From Azolla caroliniana (Eukaryota; Plantae; Polypodiophyta), in the NCBI GenBank assembly GCA_043228905.1, contig JBHGNT010000008.1, positions 20,026,001 through 20,090,000 on the forward strand: a stretch of DNA of 64,000 nucleotides. Reading direction: 5' to 3'. Each line of letters starts with the position of its first letter. The first letter of the stretch is position 1. This document shows, piece by piece, positions 61,201-64,000 of this stretch. The notes under the pieces are model-generated. The model ran no database searches. It was not told the DNA's origin and was given only the letters and a program-made list of their open reading frames with translations. A program made the translations under genes and the position numbers.

Positions 61201-62600
61201 TGCCGACTCTAACAAAACCGATCTGTCTGATAAACCTTGTATATATACCTGTAATTCTTTAGATAACCCATGTATATGCCCATTACGGGGGAGTTTCGAA
61301 TACGAGTGTATAATGGCCGTATTCACACTGTCCCTTTGGACAGCCCAAGTTTGGGCTATTTCTGTAAATAGCATAAAGGGTAGTTGCCCTAGGACAGTCA
61401 CTATATAAAGTGACTTTGTAACCTTTAGAGGTGGTTGTTGTTGTTGGTTGTTATTCTTTGTAACTGTTGCTATTGGAATATAACGATTTGTTTGTACCTA
61501 TCTCTCTCTCTCTCTCTATGTCTATCTTGCTTATGCGCATACACAGGTTCTCCTTCAAACAAAATGTTGCTTGCACTTCCGCATTGACGGCCTTGTCCCC
61601 AACACTTCACTCACAAAGCATTGCGTACCTTTGAGGTATACCCAACTATTTTTGAGTATGATCCGCCGCTTTGTATCATCTGTCATTGTGCATACAATAA
61701 GCCTTTCTCCGGAGGGAGTAACACCATGTTTCCCAACTCGGTGTGCCCCATATACATTCACATTTGACATCCCCTAATGCATGCAATGGCCTTTCCAAGG
61801 GATGCGGGTGTTTCCATACTCTCTTCTTTAATCCCACAGACGACAATGTTCTTTGATCGTCGTTCACGTTCTTTCAATTCATGGACATCTATGCTTTCTA
61901 TATTCTTCTCTTGATGCATCACATGCATATTAGATGAGTTTGATAGCACATCCCCACCACAAACATTGGCCCATGATTTCGTTGTACATACATTTTTCAT
62001 CTCACTTACATCCCGTCTCATCGTGTCCAATTTTTCTTCTTTTAATGCTTCCTTTAACTCAATCTTGTTAAGGCGCTCATTTGTTTCAAAAGAAGCTCTT
62101 TTACATTCTTGAATCTCTTCTTGAAGTTTTGCAACCACTTGTTTAAGACTTTCATTCTCAATGACAACACTTTGGAGCTTAGCATTCTCTTTCATTAACG
62201 TCCTAATCTCTTCACCTTGCTTGTTTATGGTTTCTTGAAGAGAAATCAAGTGACTCATAAGCATTTTGGCCATTGCATTGGAATCGAGATTTGTTGGTGA
62301 TCTCGGCTCATTATCAATCATACCCCTGAACTTTGCGGTGGCTTTACGAGTATTTGCCATTTTAGGGACAAAACCTACAAGAAGAGAGAGATAGAGAGGG
62401 AAGGAGAGAGAATGTACCTTTCACTCGATTTAGGGCTTCAAAATCTACCTTCCGTTTGAGGAACCATGGGGCAAAGATGGTTGCGGATGAAAATGCATAA
62501 CTTCTTGCCAGGGTAACGGAAATTAGTAAATGAACATTCTTTAGAAATCTCTCTCAAAGAGCTTTCCAACGAGCTATAGAACGTAGAAAACAATGGCCGG
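58218..62600 (-). mobile_element. LINE 5' portion: ORF1 (62360-61605 plus 58724-58620) and APE start of ORF2 (~58600-58245)
   Basis: Coiled-coil ORF1 with RRSKNIVVCGIKE and LKGTQCFVSE|DRT; ORF2 CFWNCNG..LVETW..GQGGV..YIWLK. The 5' end is approximate. Confidence 0.85.
58725..61604 (+). mobile_element. Internally deleted copia (gag-PR fused to RT-RH; integrase lost)
   Basis: TSD CTTCA; truncated 5' LTR 58725-~58925; 3' LTR 61294-61604; CNYCKKPGHIKVDC, WLLDSGAS, deletion at ~59975. Confidence 0.9.
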
Positions 62601-62620
62601 AGTTAACTTACAGAGACCTT

Positions 62621-62621
62621 T

Positions 62622-62669
<48 letters not shown>

Positions 62670-64000
62670 ACGATTACAAAAAATCAAAGAACTGTATTAC
62701 CAAGGAATCAAGAATAACCAACAGTTACAAAGAGAGGGAAAATGTGCTTATGTCATCACCTTCTCTCTAAGTTCTCTCACTAGTACCGCCTCTTGGGAAA
62801 GAGGTCGTATTTGAATTACTTAAAGAATATGTGTCATAGGACATTAATTTCTATGACACACTAGTTACTATACAAGGAGGTGCGGTGTTCACACACTTGA
62901 GTATCCTAGAGTGTGTTCCCACTCATGGGAAGTTGATTTGGATTCTCAGAACGCCCCTTTAAACACAATTTCCGGCCGTTGGATGGTTGGTTCGAATTGG
63001 CTTTGGCTTCAAATGGCTGGTATACTCTTACTGCTCTGTACTCCCCCTCAAGCTCGGTAGGTCAATGGTCGAAACACCCAGGTCGATTGTGAACTGCCGC
63101 AGCTTGTCGATTCCCAAGGACTTGGTAAAGAGGTCGGTCGTTTGTAGGTTTGTGCTGATGTGTTGCAAGTCGACATCCCTGGCCAGAACTAGCTCTCAGA
63201 TGAAGTGATAGTGCACTTCGATGTGCTTAGTCCGAGCATGGAAGACTAGGTTTTGAGTGAGATGGATATTGCTCATGCCGTCGTAGTAGAGGAGAATTGG
63301 ATTCTTGATGGGAACGCCCAAATCCTTCAAGATTCTCTTGAGCCAAATGGCTTCACATGCAGCTACGACTGCACCCTTGTATTCGGCTTCGGTGCTCGAC
63401 AGTGCGATTGCTGGTTGTTTCTAACTACTCTACAATATGGCGCCACTACCGACAGAAAATTCAAATCTGGATGTTGATCATTGGTCGGCTCTGTAGCGGG
63501 CCCAGTTGGCATCAGTATATCCTTTGAGTCATATCGGTGTGGCTGTTTTGTAAAGGATGCCAAAATCCATGGTTTCACTCACATACCTTAGCACTTGCTT
63601 AGCACAATCAAGATAGATTTTGTGTGGATTTTGCATGAACTGGCTAAGAAGGCCGACCAGGTAGTTCAGGTCAGGCCGGGTAATTGTGAGGTAGATGAGG
63701 CTTCCGACTAGTTGACGATAGTGCGTCGGCTTACACTCTCTAGTGCCTAAGTCAACATCTAGTTTTAGATTTCTATCAAGAGGAGTAATGACGAGCTTAC
63801 ATTGTATCATCCCAAACTTGTAAAGAAGATTGATGATATATTGCTTTTGAGAAAGCATGATGTTGTCTAGAGTCTGAATTACTTCTATTCCTAGAAAGTA
63901 ATGGAGCTCTTTCATATTGGTCATTTCGATCGGCTGGAGAGGAGCTTCTTGATATGCTCAATATCCGCTAAATGGTCTCCTCATATGACCAAGTCATCCA
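62621..64000 (-). mobile_element. Copia 3' end (RT-RH, PPT, LTR ~62621-63040) running out of the window
   Basis: YRQLVGSLIYLTITRPDL, HARTKHIEVHYHFI; PPT AGCTTGAGGGGGAG at 63041-63054; (GA)n at 62624-62667. Confidence 0.88.

Noticed and set aside
1-64000. CRISPR arrays, prokaryotic systems or intact host genes
   Set aside because: No repeat-spacer arrays with unique spacers; every long ORF is TE-derived.

Overview
This is eukaryotic, TE-saturated land-plant DNA with no intact host gene. A fern or other seed-free plant is suggested by PLS-type PPR fragments and by tRNA-Trp-primed and Tcn1-like gypsy elements, but this is low confidence. The window is a nest of decayed and young elements. It holds several Tnt1/Tork-like and other Ty1/copia copies, and one near-intact tRNA-Trp-primed gypsy (17961-25867) with apparently identical LTRs and a 4-bp TSD. 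It also holds two non-autonomous relatives and a solo LTR of that group, a Tcn1-like gypsy, two LINEs and two hAT remnants, one carrying PPR fragments. The base layer appears to be a Penelope-like element with a minimal hammerhead ribozyme. There is one 100-N gap. The strongest unexplained signal is in the LTRs of three different Trp-type gypsy families, which carry tRNA-gene-mimic cassettes: Pol III box A plus box B, always 44 nt from the T8 to the G53 equivalent, without acceptor stems, and pointing away from the LTR TATA box. Other highlights are an unusual gag-pol junction, a copia-like U3 inside a gypsy LTR, a telomere-repeat filler at a duplication junction and a 5S-derived fragment. All comparisons were made by eye, and reference sequences are recalled rather than searched.
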